From assembly GCA_025355725.1 (NCBI GenBank), contig JANXZC010000182.1, positions 33,885 through 97,884 of the forward strand: a stretch of 64,000 nucleotides of DNA. The letters are read 5' to 3'. The stretch comes from Syntrophus sp. (in: bacteria). Lineage in GTDB: Bacteria > Desulfobacterota > Syntrophia > Syntrophales > UBA8958. Both the position numbers and the translations under genes were made by a program. The notes beneath the pieces were generated by a model, which made no database searches, had not been told where the DNA came from, and saw only the letters and a list, made by a program, of their open reading frames with translations. Of this stretch, positions 46,334 to 56,346 are shown piece after piece (positions within the stretch are counted from its first letter, which is position 1; each line of letters begins with the position of its first letter).

Positions 46334-46413
46334 CTTGCTCGAATCTTTTTATAATAACGGCGAGGGGAGATGTCAATGGTTATGACATCTTGACAGGCAT
46401 GAAAAGCCGATTG

Positions 46414-47103
46414 TTACAAAAACAGGCCAGCCCCCGCGATCCTCAACCAGCGCCGCTGGTTTCTATAGTCGGGGCAGATTTCCCCGACCAGGGACCAGAA
46501 ACGGGGTGAATGATTCTTTTCCCGAATATGGGCCAGTTCATGAACCACTACGTAATCGATTACAGACGGCGGCGCCATCATGAGCCGCCAGGAGAGAGCA
46601 AGACGGTTATCAGCGGAACATGAACCCCAGCGCGACCGGGCCTTGCTGATGCGAACCGAACGAGAATGACAGCCCATAATCACCTCATAAGCCCTGACCC
46701 GGTCCGGCAGAAATGACGAAGCCGCCTGCCGATACCAGGTCCGGAGTGAGTCCTTTCCCAAGGCGGCGGCGCATGGGGAAAGGAGAAAGCTGCTGCCGTC
46801 GAAGGCAAGATTGTCGCCACTAAGATTGATCCCATTTATAATTACCGGATAGGCGACGCCGAGAAACAACGCCTTGTCGCCGGCGGCAAGGGCGTCGCTC
46901 CTCGGGATCTCCCGAGAAACCTGTAGCGCCAGTGTTGCCAGCTTTTGGCGAATCCAGGGCAGCTTGCGTTGAAAGAATCCGTCGATCTCAGCCTGCGGGA
47001 CAGGATAAGGGGCCTGGATTACGACCATGCCTTCCGGTTTCACCGTAAGGGACAGGGTTTTCTTCCTCTTCCTGCTCCGTATCAGTTGGTAAGTCAGGTC
47101 CAT
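46414..47103 (-). CDS. YgjP-like (DUF45/WLM-type) zinc metallopeptidase-fold protein
   Basis: VVHELAHIREKNHSPRFW (HExxH...H) near the C-terminus, and an N-terminal YQLIRSRKRKKTLSLTV typical of the family. ATG at 47103 is preferred to the TTG at 47133. Confidence 0.8.
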   Translation of the reverse strand: MDLTYQLIRSRKRKKTLSLTVKPEGMVVIQAPYPVPQAEIDGFFQRKLPWIRQKLATLALQVSREIPRSDALAAGDKALFLGVAYPVIINGINLSGDNLAFDGSSFLLSPCAAALGKDSLRTWYRQAASSFLPDRVRAYEVIMGCHSRSVRISKARSRWGSCSADNRLALSWRLMMAPPSVIDYVVVHELAHIREKNHSPRFWSLVGEICPDYRNQRRWLRIAGAGLFL

Positions 47104-47218
47104 TATCTTTGATTCTCTGAGGCCTTTCTTCAAGATTAAAGATGCGTCGGCTGCCTTTCTTATGGTAAGAAGGCAAAAATAGCCAATACTATTTTTTATC
47201 GAAGTAGAAAGGATCCTT

Positions 47219-47560
47219 ATGGAAACTGATCATCGCCCCTGGGGTTGGTATGAGGTTCTGGGCGACGCCCCGGATCACAAGGTCAAAAGGATTGTCGTCT
47301 ATCCCGGTAAACGCTTGAGCCTCCAGCGCCACCGCCGCCGCTCCGAGCATTGGTATGTCTTTCAGGGACAGGCCCTGGCGACCATTGACGGCAAGGAGAT
47401 TCCCCTGTACCCGGGCCAGGCCGTGGACATCCCGGCCGGGGCCAGCCACCGTATCGCCAACCGGGGTGCGGTGGATGTCGCCTTTATCGAGGTACAGACA
47501 GGTGATTATTTCGGAGAGGACGACATCGAGCGGATCGAGGACGACTTTGGAAGATCATGA
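47219..47560 (+). CDS. Cupin domain protein (phosphomannose-isomerase type-II C-terminal-like)
   Basis: RPWGWYEVL...KRIVVYPGKRLSLQRHRRRSEHWYVFQG...IPAGASHRIAN is the PMI-type cupin pattern. Confidence 0.75.
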   Translation: METDHRPWGWYEVLGDAPDHKVKRIVVYPGKRLSLQRHRRRSEHWYVFQGQALATIDGKEIPLYPGQAVDIPAGASHRIANRGAVDVAFIEVQTGDYFGEDDIERIEDDFGRS

Positions 47561-48390
47561 GCGTGCTGACTGATCAGACGTAGACCGTTCTCCCGAAAAA
47601 CCTTCCCGTAGAAGGCCGGGGACAGGCCCAGGCTCAGGAGTTGGTTGATCTCATCCTCCCTGGGGAAAATGATATTCGGGAAGTCCGATCCATAGAGAAT
47701 CCGGTCCTGATACCGCTCCAGAAAATCGCTGTCCAGGTTGAACATGGCCCCCAGACCGGGAAGAAAGGAAAAAGACGTATCCATGTACAGGTTGGGATAC
47801 GCCTCCAGAAGACCGCCAAAGACCTCATATTCTAGCGCCCCCATGTGGGCGACAATGGCGGGAAGCCCCGGATACCTCTCCAGAACCTTTTGAAAATGGA
47901 CAGCCCCGACGAAATCATTTCCCACCGGGCCCGTCCCCACGTGGAAGAGGAGGCGCTTATTCCTCTCCATGACAAGTTCGTATAAGGGATTCAGGCGCGG
48001 GTCATGGGGATAGAAACGCTGGACGAGGAGTTGAAGCTTGAAACCGAGGATCCGGGGATGATCCAGCAGTTTCTCCGCCATATACAGCATGTCCTCGTCG
48101 TCGGGGTGGCAGGCGGCAAAGCAATAAAGACCGGGGAACTCGTCCAATACCTTCAAATTCCAGTCATTCAGCTCCCTGGCGACGCCGCGGCGGTGAGCAT
48201 AGTTGGAATAGACGACGGGGGCAACGCCACGCTCCCCAAGATAGGCGAGACAATCCCGGTAGTATAGCCGGTGGAGAACCGGCCAGCCATAGTCGCTGAC
48301 AAACCGTTTCCAGATCGCCTCAGACAGCCGGTCGGGGAAGAGGTGGACATGGAAGTCAATTATTTTTTCAGGTAGGGTTGGTAGGGTCAT
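47506..48390 (-). CDS. Amidohydrolase-2 family metal-dependent hydrolase
   Basis: IDFHVHLFP at the N-terminus, HVGTG, AHMG, and D near the C-terminus (YGSDFP). The start is ambiguous (48390 or 48435). Confidence 0.7.
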   Translation of the reverse strand: MTLPTLPEKIIDFHVHLFPDRLSEAIWKRFVSDYGWPVLHRLYYRDCLAYLGERGVAPVVYSNYAHRRGVARELNDWNLKVLDEFPGLYCFAACHPDDEDMLYMAEKLLDHPRILGFKLQLLVQRFYPHDPRLNPLYELVMERNKRLLFHVGTGPVGNDFVGAVHFQKVLERYPGLPAIVAHMGALEYEVFGGLLEAYPNLYMDTSFSFLPGLGAMFNLDSDFLERYQDRILYGSDFPNIIFPREDEINQLLSLGLSPAFYGKVFRENGLRLISQHAHDLPKSSSIRSMSSSPK

Positions 48391-48400
48391 GGACGGGGCA

Positions 48401-49244
48401 TCAGAGGACGAATTCCATGTCTCTCTGGACGGCACAGCACTTTAACGGCGCCTGTTGATCACGGATGAGGTTGCGGCTACGCTCCACGATGTCATCCACT
48501 TCCCCATCGTTTCGTTCCTGATTGTGATGAAAGAGGCCCAGGGTCTTCACCCGGGCCTCGATAGCCAGGCGAACCGCATCGTTATAGGTGGAATGCCCCC
48601 ATGTCTTCTTGTAATCATCTTCCCTGAATTCGGCGTCATGGATGAGGAGATCGGCGTTCGCTGAAAACTGAACATAATCCTCAAAGCCCAGACCGCCGGG
48701 ATGGACATAGCCCAATTCATTATCCGTCAGAAAGACGAATGATTTTCCGTCTTCTTCAAACCGGTATCCCATCCCCTGATTAGGATGGCTCAAGGGGAAG
48801 GAGGTCACGGTCATGGTATTGATGGTAAAACGGGTCCCGCAGGTCTCATGGTAAGATATATCACAGCGGATGTCATCATAATTAATAGGAAAATGAGGCG
48901 CCGTCATGACCTGGGCGATCAGATCCTTGACGGATATCTGGGCGAAGGGGCATCCGAACATGTTGATCCGGGTATCTTTGAAATAAATGGGCTTGAAAAA
49001 GGGGAAACCCAGGAGGTGATCCCAATGGGCATGGGTAAAAAACATGTTGTAATCGCGCCGCCCCTGCGCCAGCAGGGCATTGCCCAGGCGCCTGATTCCC
49101 GAACCGGCATCGACAATGATAATATCATCTTCTTTTGTCCGGATTTCGAGACACGTCGTATCGCCCCCATATTTAAGGTATTCCGGACCTGATACGGGAA
49201 TAGAGCCTCTCGCACCCCAGCAACGGATGATCATGGCGGATCCT
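48401..49244 (-). CDS. MBL-fold metallo-hydrolase
   Basis: The real start is MIIRCWGARGS. FTHAHWDHLLG (HxHxDH) and LIHDAEF are present. The tracked 455-aa ORF adds a 174-aa low-quality extension that runs antisense into copZ/copA. Confidence 0.75.
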
Positions 49245-49284
49245 TTTTGTAGAAGATTTTTCTCATTATCGGCTTGAGCAGGTC

Positions 49285-49313
49285 TTGTCAAGCTGTAATT
49301 CATGTGTATATTA
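49285..49313 (+). promoter_or_regulatory. Possible promoter for copZ-copA (TTGTCA-16 nt-TATATT)
   Basis: TTGTCA lies at 49285-49290 and TATATT at 49307-49312, preceded by TG. It sits ~70 nt upstream of copZ. Confidence 0.35.
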
Positions 49314-49381
49314 GGCAGCATTGGCAGTCTATCCAAAGGCTGACGGATGTTTAAACTGATCCAACGAAAAGGAGCGACGAT

Positions 49382-49579
49382 ATGGCAACGATCAAGATTG
49401 AGGGAATGACCTGCGGACATTGTGTGATGGCCGTCAAGAAGGCTTTGATGAAAGTGGAGGGACTGAAAGATGTACAGGTCAACCTGGAGAAGGGGGAGGC
49501 AACCTTTGAAGAAGAGAAACCGGTGGCAGCAAACCTGATCCGGGAGGCCGTCGAAAAAGCGGGGTATGAAGTTGCATGA
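49382..49579 (+). CDS. copZ: Copper chaperone, heavy-metal-associated domain
   Basis: [15 protein letters not shown] is the MxCxxC motif in a 65-aa ferredoxin-like protein. An aaaaggag RBS is present. Confidence 0.9.
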   Translation: MATIKIEGMTCGHCVMAVKKALMKVEGLKDVQVNLEKGEATFEEEKPVAANLIREAVEKAGYEVA

Positions 49580-51827
49580 GGAAAGGTTGCAGGAAACCAC
49601 CGTCTCCGTGGGGGGCATGACCTGCGCTGCCTGTGTGCGGAGAGTGGAGCGGGCACTGCAGTCCCTGGACGGCGTGGCGGAGGCCTCGGTCAATCTGGCA
49701 ACGGCCCGGGCGACAATCAGGCATCGCCCCCAGTGGGTGGGCCTGGAAGGGGTCGATGCCCTCATCACGGAAACGGGATACGATTATCTTGGCATTCCCG
49801 AAGAATTCCGGGAAGATCCGATTGCCGCGTCCCGGGAAAAGGAAATAGGGGATCTGAAAATCCGCTTTGCCGTCGGCATGGCCCTTAGCTTGGTGATCTT
49901 TTTCGGCTCCATGCAGCACTGGTTCCCCTTCCTCACGGCTATCCCCAGACAACCGCTGCTGATCGCCCTGTTCCTGCTGACGACTCCCGTCGTCTTCTGG
50001 GTGGGAAGCCGTTTCTTCAGCGGGGCAATCAAGGCCGCCCGGCAGGGGACAACGGACATGAATACCCTCGTGGCCGTCGGGGCCTTCGCGGCCTACGCCT
50101 ATTCCGCCCTGGCCACGTTCGTCCCCCAGATGTTCACCCGCTCGGGTATTGCCCCCCATGTCTATTATGACGGCGCCGCCCTGATCGTTACCCTGATCAT
50201 CCTGGGACGGCTCCTCGAGGCGAAGGCAAAGGGGAAGACCTCGGCGGCCATCCAGCGCCTCATGGGGCTCCGGCCCAAGACCGCCCGGGTCATCCGCAAC
50301 GGCGCCGAGGAGGATATTCCCATTGAGGGGATCATCCGGGGCGATCTTCTCCTCGTCCGCCCCGGAGAGAGGATTCCCACGGACGGCGTGATCGTCGCCG
50401 GATCGTCGAGCATCGATGAATCAATGCTCACCGGGGAGAGCATGCCCGTCTCCAAGGAGCAGGGCGCCCCCGTTTTCGCGGCAACAATCAACAAAACAGG
50501 ATCTTTTACCTTCACCGCCACCAAGGTCGGTGCGGAAACGGCCCTGGCCCAGATCATCCGCCTTGTGGAGCAGGCCCAGGGATCGAAGGCCCCCATTCAG
50601 CGGTTGGCCGATCAGGTAGCATCGGTTTTTGTTCCCGTGGTCTTCGCGATTGCGATTGCGACCTTTGTCGTCTGGTATTTTTTCGTCCCCGACGGAAATT
50701 TCAGCCGGGGGCTCCTCAATTTTGTCTCCGTCCTCGTCATTGCCTGCCCCTGCGCCCTCGGTCTTGCCACCCCCACCGCCGTTATGGTGGGCACGGGTCT
50801 CGGGGCCGAACGGGGGATTCTGATCAAGGGAGGAGAAAGTCTCGAAAAGGCCTACAAGCTCACGATGGTCGTTTTTGACAAAACGGGGACCCTGACCCGG
50901 GGGGAGCCGCAGGTTACGGACATCATCGTTGCCCCAGGAATTGGTGAGAACGACCTCCTGAAGATCGCCGTCTCCATCGAATCCGTCTCCGAACACCCCC
51001 TCGGCGAGGCGATTGTCCGGGAGGGCCGGACCAGAAACATCATCCCCGAAGCGATCGGAGACTTCGCGGCCAGCGCCGGTCTGGGGGCAAGTGCCCTGGT
51101 CGCCGGACGTCCCTGCCTCCTGGGAAACCGCCGCTACCTAGAGGGGGCCGGTATTTCTTTCCTGCCTCTGGAGGATGCCGCAGAGCGTCTGGCCGGGGAA
51201 GGGAAAACGGGCGTCTTTGTAGCCCGGGATGGGCAGCTCCTGGGAATGATCGCCCTGTCCGACGTCCCCAAAACCTCGGCTAGGGAGGCTATCGGGATAC
51301 TGAAAAAGGCGGGCCTCAAAATTGCGATGATCACCGGCGACAACGCTCAGACGGCCCGGGCCGTGGGTGAGGTGCTGGGCATCGATATGCTGCTTGCCGA
51401 GGTCCTCCCCGGTGACAAGGCTAAGGAAATCATTAGATTGCAGGAGCAGGGAGAGATTGTGGCCATGGTGGGTGACGGCATCAACGACGCCCCGGCCCTG
51501 GCGGCCGCCGACATTGGTATTGCCATCGGCGCCGGAACCGACGTGGCCATGGAGGCAAGCGACATGACCTTGATGAGCGAAGACCTCAAGGCCGTTCCGG
51601 CGGCCATCCGTCTGTCCCACGAAACAATGAAGGTGATCCGTCAGAATCTTTTCTGGGCCTTCATCTACAACATTATTGGCATCCCCATCGCCGCCGGAGT
51701 CCTTTATCCCTTCGGAGGCATCCTCCTGAACCCGGAATTCGCCGCCGCGGCCATGGCCCTGAGTTCCGTCTCCGTCGTCAGTAATTCCCTGAGGTTACGC
51801 CGGGTTTGGGGAAAGATCATCTTTTGA
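49566..51827 (+). CDS. copA: Copper-translocating P1B-type ATPase
   Basis: N-terminal [26 protein letters not shown], and the GDGINDAP hinge. Confidence 0.95.
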   Translation: MKLHEERLQETTVSVGGMTCAACVRRVERALQSLDGVAEASVNLATARATIRHRPQWVGLEGVDALITETGYDYLGIPEEFREDPIAASREKEIGDLKIRFAVGMALSLVIFFGSMQHWFPFLTAIPRQPLLIALFLLTTPVVFWVGSRFFSGAIKAARQGTTDMNTLVAVGAFAAYAYSALATFVPQMFTRSGIAPHVYYDGAALIVTLIILGRLLEAKAKGKTSAAIQRLMGLRPKTARVIRNGAEEDIPIEGIIRGDLLLVRPGERIPTDGVIVAGSSSIDESMLTGESMPVSKEQGAPVFAATINKTGSFTFTATKVGAETALAQIIRLVEQAQGSKAPIQRLADQVASVFVPVVFAIAIATFVVWYFFVPDGNFSRGLLNFVSVLVIACPCALGLATPTAVMVGTGLGAERGILIKGGESLEKAYKLTMVVFDKTGTLTRGEPQVTDIIVAPGIGENDLLKIAVSIESVSEHPLGEAIVREGRTRNIIPEAIGDFAASAGLGASALVAGRPCLLGNRRYLEGAGISFLPLEDAAERLAGEGKTGVFVARDGQLLGMIALSDVPKTSAREAIGILKKAGLKIAMITGDNAQTARAVGEVLGIDMLLAEVLPGDKAKEIIRLQEQGEIVAMVGDGINDAPALAAADIGIAIGAGTDVAMEASDMTLMSEDLKAVPAAIRLSHETMKVIRQNLFWAFIYNIIGIPIAAGVLYPFGGILLNPEFAAAAMALSSVSVVSNSLRLRRVWGKIIF

Positions 51828-52332
51828 TCTTCCAACCGTCGCCTTCCCGGAGGAGGGAAAACGTTTCCTTCGTGGTCTGCATCGGGAGGTTGTCCCGCTG
51901 GTATTTGTCCAGAAAATGACTGATGTTTTGACAAACAAATGTTAAGGACTCCAGTGTCTGCTCAGGAATCCCGGCGGCCAGACTATGGAAAATGTCGTTG
52001 ATCATCAACGGGAAATCGGGGGCCGTCATGGCCACCACTGCCGTTGCCCTGTCTCCCGTGACATCGATATTTTCTACAACAAAAGAAATATTGCCTCCGA
52101 TTACCTGGGCTATCAAGCCATTCCCCAGAGAATTGGCCGTTTTATAATCCAGAAGGCTCTGCTTTGCTTTGTTTGCCGAAGAAAGGTAATTATAGGCCGC
52201 TTCCGTGCGTCCGCCAATTACGGCGTGCAGGTAATTGGCTAACGCCTCCTGGGCCGTCAAGGTCGAGCCCTTGTTCACAAAATATGCGACAAACAGGGAA
52301 AATATGAGCACTAACCCGATTAAGGCAAGCAT
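51817..52332 (-). CDS. Membrane-anchored hypothetical protein
   Basis: An N-terminal TM helix ([19 protein letters not shown]) followed by a ~145-aa soluble domain, and I recognise no motif. The 3' end overlaps the copA 3' end by 11 nt. Confidence 0.5.
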   Translation of the reverse strand: MLALIGLVLIFSLFVAYFVNKGSTLTAQEALANYLHAVIGGRTEAAYNYLSSANKAKQSLLDYKTANSLGNGLIAQVIGGNISFVVENIDVTGDRATAVVAMTAPDFPLMINDIFHSLAAGIPEQTLESLTFVCQNISHFLDKYQRDNLPMQTTKETFSLLREGDGWKIKR

Positions 52333-52376
52333 AATCTAAGTATCACCATCCAATCATTTAGTTGTCTTCCGGCGGA

Positions 52377-53066
52377 TTATGCCTCCCGTTCAAAATGGGA
52401 CTTGTCGGCGCCGCAGACGGGACAGGTCCAGTCGGCGGGCAGATCCTCAAAGGGCGTTCCGGCCGGGGCGCCGTGCTCCGGTTCGCCGGTGGCGGGGTCA
52501 TAGACGTATCCGCAGATTGAACACACATAGCTGGCCGCCTTCGCGACCACGGCTTTGGGTTCTTCTGCCTGATAGCTTGGTGCTGTCTTGGGGGACTTGC
52601 CCTTCCTGACGGTATGATAGTAGGCGTAGGTCATGGGGGGATCATTGCCGAGATTGTCGTAATCGACGACCTCCCCGACAAAAATTGTGTGGGAGCCGCA
52701 TTCCAGCTCCTGGATCAGCTTGACCTCCAGATAGGCCACGGCATTATCCAGGACGATGGGCGCGCCGGTCTTCCCGACCCGGTACTGGACATTCTTGAAT
52801 TTGTCGACGTCCCGGCCCGATTTGAAGCCGAAAAGACCGATGAAGGTCATCGGGGCCTCCTCGGAGAGAATGGAAACGGAAAAGACACGACTGGCCTTGA
52901 TATAAGAATGGGTCAGGTTTTCCTTGTTGATGCTGACGGCAATCGTGGATGGCTCCGAGGTGACCTGAAACATGCTGTTGGCGATCTGGCCGTTGAACTT
53001 GCCGTCTTGGACGGAACTGACAAGATAAAGGCCGTAACTGATCTTGCGGAAGGCTTCTTTGTTCAT
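52377..53066 (-). CDS. Flavin reductase-like domain fused to C-terminal rubredoxin (high-molecular-weight rubredoxin type)
   Basis: An N-terminal FMN-binding split barrel (YGLYLVSS...), then C-terminal [12 protein letters not shown]...[10 protein letters not shown], which gives two CxxC pairs. Confidence 0.85.
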   Translation of the reverse strand: MNKEAFRKISYGLYLVSSVQDGKFNGQIANSMFQVTSEPSTIAVSINKENLTHSYIKASRVFSVSILSEEAPMTFIGLFGFKSGRDVDKFKNVQYRVGKTGAPIVLDNAVAYLEVKLIQELECGSHTIFVGEVVDYDNLGNDPPMTYAYYHTVRKGKSPKTAPSYQAEEPKAVVAKAASYVCSICGYVYDPATGEPEHGAPAGTPFEDLPADWTCPVCGADKSHFEREA

Positions 53067-53237
53067 AGGGGTGCGCTCCTGACATGATATTTGGTTGAGA
53101 GCTTCGCAACTTTTTCACCTATATACGAAATTCGGCCCTCCTGCCAGATTAAATTATCCATGCAAATCACCCTACCCATGATGCGGGGAATGTGATAGAC
53201 TACCAAAGAAAAAATATTATCACGGAGGCTAATTATT

Positions 53238-54062
53238 ATGGATTGGGGAATGGAAAACCGCCTGTCCCAGCTAATTCAGGCAGATGGACACTGCTTCTTT
53301 CTGCCTATCGATCACGGCTATTTCCAGGGACCGACATCGTGTCTGGAGAAACCCGGAGAAACCATTAAACCGCTTCTTCCCTACTGCGACGCCCTTTTTG
53401 TAACCAGAGGCGTCCTGCGGTCCGCTGTCAATCCCGTCGGGAGCAAGCCCGTTATTCTCCGGGTATCGGGAGGGGCCAGCGTCCTGGGGAAGGACCTCGC
53501 CAATGAATCCCTCACCACTTCCATCGAAGAGATCCTGCGCCTTAATGCCGCGGCCGTGGGGATATCGATTTTCGTGGGGACCGACTACGAACGGGAATCA
53601 CTGATGAACCTTTCCGAAATCGTCAATCAGTGCGAGGATTTCGGCATTCCCGTCATGGCCGTCACCGCCGTCGGCAAGGAGCTGGAAAAACGGGATGCCC
53701 GGTATCTGGCCCTGTGCTCCCGCATTGCCGCCGAGTTGGGGGCGCGGGTGGTGAAAACCTACTGGTGCAAGAATTTCGACAAAGTGGTAGCCGGCTGCCC
53801 CGTTCCCGTCGTCATGGCGGGAGGACCAAAATGTGAAACAGAAAAGGAAGTGTTTGATTTTGTTTACGACGGGATGCAAAACGGCGCCATCGGCCTCAAT
53901 CTGGGCCGAAATGTCTGGCAGAACCCTCATCCCGTGGCCATGATGAAGGCCCTCCACGCCATCATCCACGAAAACCTCACGGCTAGGGAAGCCTGGGAGC
54001 TTTTCAACGACGCCAAGGCGGAAAAGAGCAAAAAAGCAAAAGCCGTCAAAGGGAAAAAATGA
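53238..54062 (+). CDS. Class I aldolase family protein, LsrF/FbaB (DhnA) type, with Lys-rich tail
   Basis: From my recollection of E. coli LsrF, DWGMENRLSQL, IDHGYFQGPT, TRGVLRS, the Schiff-base Lys context VVKTYW, VAGCPVPVVMAGGPK and GRNVWQNPHPVAMMKALHAIIH track it closely. The tail is AKAEKSKKAKAVKGKK. Confidence 0.7.
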   Translation: MDWGMENRLSQLIQADGHCFFLPIDHGYFQGPTSCLEKPGETIKPLLPYCDALFVTRGVLRSAVNPVGSKPVILRVSGGASVLGKDLANESLTTSIEEILRLNAAAVGISIFVGTDYERESLMNLSEIVNQCEDFGIPVMAVTAVGKELEKRDARYLALCSRIAAELGARVVKTYWCKNFDKVVAGCPVPVVMAGGPKCETEKEVFDFVYDGMQNGAIGLNLGRNVWQNPHPVAMMKALHAIIHENLTAREAWELFNDAKAEKSKKAKAVKGKK

Positions 54063-54082
54063 TGCCGGCGGGGAGATAGTCC

Positions 54083-55108
54083 ATGCGCGTAGCCATGTAT
54101 TACCGGAACAATGACGTAAGGATTGAGGAGATGCCGGTACCCCGGATCGGCCCCGGGGAGATCCTCGTCAAGGTAATGGCCAGCGGGATCTGCGGCAGCG
54201 ATATCATGGAATGGTACCGGATCAGGAAGGCGCCCCTGGTCCTGGGCCATGAAATCGCCGCGGTTGTCGCCGCGGTTGGAGAAGGGGTGACGAACTGTCG
54301 CCTCGGAGACCGGGTCTTTGTCTCCCACCATATCCCCTGCAATACCTGCCATTACTGTCTGCAAGGATACCACACCGCTTGCGAGACCCTCCACAGCACC
54401 AATTACGATCCCGGCGGCTTTGCCGAATATCTCCGGGTCCCCCGGCTTAATGTTGACCGGGGGGTTTTTCTCCTCCCCGAAGACGTTTCCTTCGCCGCCG
54501 GCGCCATGATCGAACCCCTGGCCTGCGTCATCCGGGGGCAGCGTCTGGCCCGCCTGCAACCGGGACAAGCGGTGCTGGTGCTGGGCAGCGGCATCTCCGG
54601 CATCCTTCATATCATGCTGGCCCGGGCCTCCGGGGCGGGAAGGATCATGGCCACGGACATCAACGCCTACCGGCGGGACCAGGCCCTGACCTTTGGCGCC
54701 GAAGACGTCAGTGATGCCCGGGAGGATATACCGGCCTGGGTGCGGAGCGTCAACGATCAGCGCCCCGCCGATCTCGTCATTGTCTGCACCGGCGCCCCCG
54801 CTGCTTTCGATCAGGCGCTGCAATCCGTGGACCGGGGGGGAACAATCCTCTGTTTCGCCACGACGGAGCCGGGGGTTAACCTGTCCGTGCCCCTCAATGA
54901 TTTCTGGCGCAACGAGATCAAACTCATGCCTTCCTACGGCAACAGCCCCTACGATGCCACGGCGGCGATCAATCTGATCCGCTTTAACCGTCTGCCCGTG
55001 GAAAAAATGATCTCCCACCGCCTGCCCCTCGCGGAGGCCCAAAAGGGCTTCCAGCTTGTCGCCACGGGAACGGAAGCAACTAAGGTGATCCTTCTCCCCC
55101 ACGGCTGA
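54083..55108 (+). CDS. Zinc-dependent medium-chain dehydrogenase (threonine/sorbitol dehydrogenase-like)
   Basis: GICGSDIMEW, GHEIAAVV, the structural-zinc Cys cluster CNTCHYCLQGYHTAC, and the Rossmann LVLGSGISG. Confidence 0.85.
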   Translation: MRVAMYYRNNDVRIEEMPVPRIGPGEILVKVMASGICGSDIMEWYRIRKAPLVLGHEIAAVVAAVGEGVTNCRLGDRVFVSHHIPCNTCHYCLQGYHTACETLHSTNYDPGGFAEYLRVPRLNVDRGVFLLPEDVSFAAGAMIEPLACVIRGQRLARLQPGQAVLVLGSGISGILHIMLARASGAGRIMATDINAYRRDQALTFGAEDVSDAREDIPAWVRSVNDQRPADLVIVCTGAPAAFDQALQSVDRGGTILCFATTEPGVNLSVPLNDFWRNEIKLMPSYGNSPYDATAAINLIRFNRLPVEKMISHRLPLAEAQKGFQLVATGTEATKVILLPHG

Positions 55109-55152
55109 CGGCGGTGAATAGCAATGGGCAATAGCAATCGGTCAGGCAGATA

Positions 55153-56322
55153 ATGAATGATTCCTTCTCCCACTACTCCGCAAAACTCGTCCGGGCCGGT
55201 CTTGCCGAAGCGGAAACGCCCCTCCTGGGGTTCGGGGAGGGATTACTCATCTGGAACCGGGAAGACCCCCTGACCGTACTACTAACAAAAGTGGGCGAAC
55301 GCCTTGGCCGCCGGGCCATCCTGTACTGTCAACCGGCGGAACCTTATCACACCATGCTTCTCCACTTGGCGGAGACCGCCGCCGGTGGCGACGTTATTCA
55401 TCCCCAGGATTTTGAAACCAGGATATTTCTCAAGGACCTCCCCATCCTGAAGGATCTTACCGAGGCCGGGCTCCTTGTCGCCCTGAAAGACCGCCGCTGT
55501 GTGGTCATCCCCGGTGGAGGCGTCATCGCCACGGCAAAAAAGGATATGGAAACGGCCTTTGTCATCTACAGCGCCGCCTGCTTTGCCGTCTTTGTCAAAT
55601 TCTTTTCCGATACGCTCCGGCAGCGGCATCTGTCGGGTCCGTCATGGCAAGGGCGGGCGGTCCTGGAAGCGATTATGGGTCGTCTCGACCCCGTTCCCCC
55701 GGTGGCGGCGGGTCCGACCTTGAGTTCCGGCCCCTGGGAAGATGAGGCAGACATCCGGGCGGCCATGGTGGTGGCAGGTAAGAGGACCGTCTCTGATCGC
55801 CTGGTAGATGCCAATTTCGGCAATATCTCCTACCGCCGGGGGGAAGATCTTTTCATCACCCGCAAGGGGAGCGCCCTGGACGCCCTTACAGACAAGATCA
55901 TCCGCATCCCCTTGGCAGGACCGACAGAGACGGACGCCATTGCCTCGACGGAGTTGCCGGCCCATCGGTTTATCGCCCTGACGGCACCTTACCGCGCCGT
56001 CCTCCATGGGCACCCGAAATTCTCCGTCATCATGTCCATGGCCTGCGGGGAAGAAGATTGCCCGGACAAGGGCGGATGCCATCGTTTCTGCCCCCGGGAA
56101 AGATGGATCCGGGACATCCCCGTCGTCTCCGGCGAGGCCGGGGCAGGTCCCTTCGGCCTCTGCAATACCGTACCTTCGGCCGTCCGGGACCACGGCGCCG
56201 CCATTGTTTACGGGCATGGCGTCTTCACCGCCGGAGCGCAGGACTTCAACGAGGCCCTGCAGCGCCTGCGGCAAATCGAAAAAACCTGCCGGGATTTATT
56301 TTTCCGGACGATCGGCTTTTGA
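55153..56322 (+). CDS. Class II aldolase/adducin-fold protein with degenerate N-terminal duplicate domain and a 4-Cys insertion
   Basis: The C-terminal half has ANFGNISYRRG...FITRKGSA, LHGHP and YGHGVFTAG (class II aldolase zinc and active-site pattern). The N-terminal ~190 aa look like a decayed copy (GGGVIATAKKDMETAF). CGEEDCPDKGGCHRFC is inserted after the His motif. Confidence 0.6.
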   Translation: MNDSFSHYSAKLVRAGLAEAETPLLGFGEGLLIWNREDPLTVLLTKVGERLGRRAILYCQPAEPYHTMLLHLAETAAGGDVIHPQDFETRIFLKDLPILKDLTEAGLLVALKDRRCVVIPGGGVIATAKKDMETAFVIYSAACFAVFVKFFSDTLRQRHLSGPSWQGRAVLEAIMGRLDPVPPVAAGPTLSSGPWEDEADIRAAMVVAGKRTVSDRLVDANFGNISYRRGEDLFITRKGSALDALTDKIIRIPLAGPTETDAIASTELPAHRFIALTAPYRAVLHGHPKFSVIMSMACGEEDCPDKGGCHRFCPRERWIRDIPVVSGEAGAGPFGLCNTVPSAVRDHGAAIVYGHGVFTAGAQDFNEALQRLRQIEKTCRDLFFRTIGF

Positions 56323-56346
56323 TAAATAATTATTTGGAGGTGCACC

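Noticed and set aside
49245-49768. N-terminal 174-aa extension of the tracked 455-aa MBL ORF, overlapping copZ and the start of copA
   Set aside because: The MBL-fold homology begins at MIIRCWGARGS (ATG 49244). The extension is antisense to the well-supported copZ/copA and crosses their promoter region.
53927-55102. 391-aa minus-strand ORF opposite the Zn-dehydrogenase gene
   Set aside because: It is a shadow ORF opposite a gene with full MDR motifs, and I recognise no domain in it.
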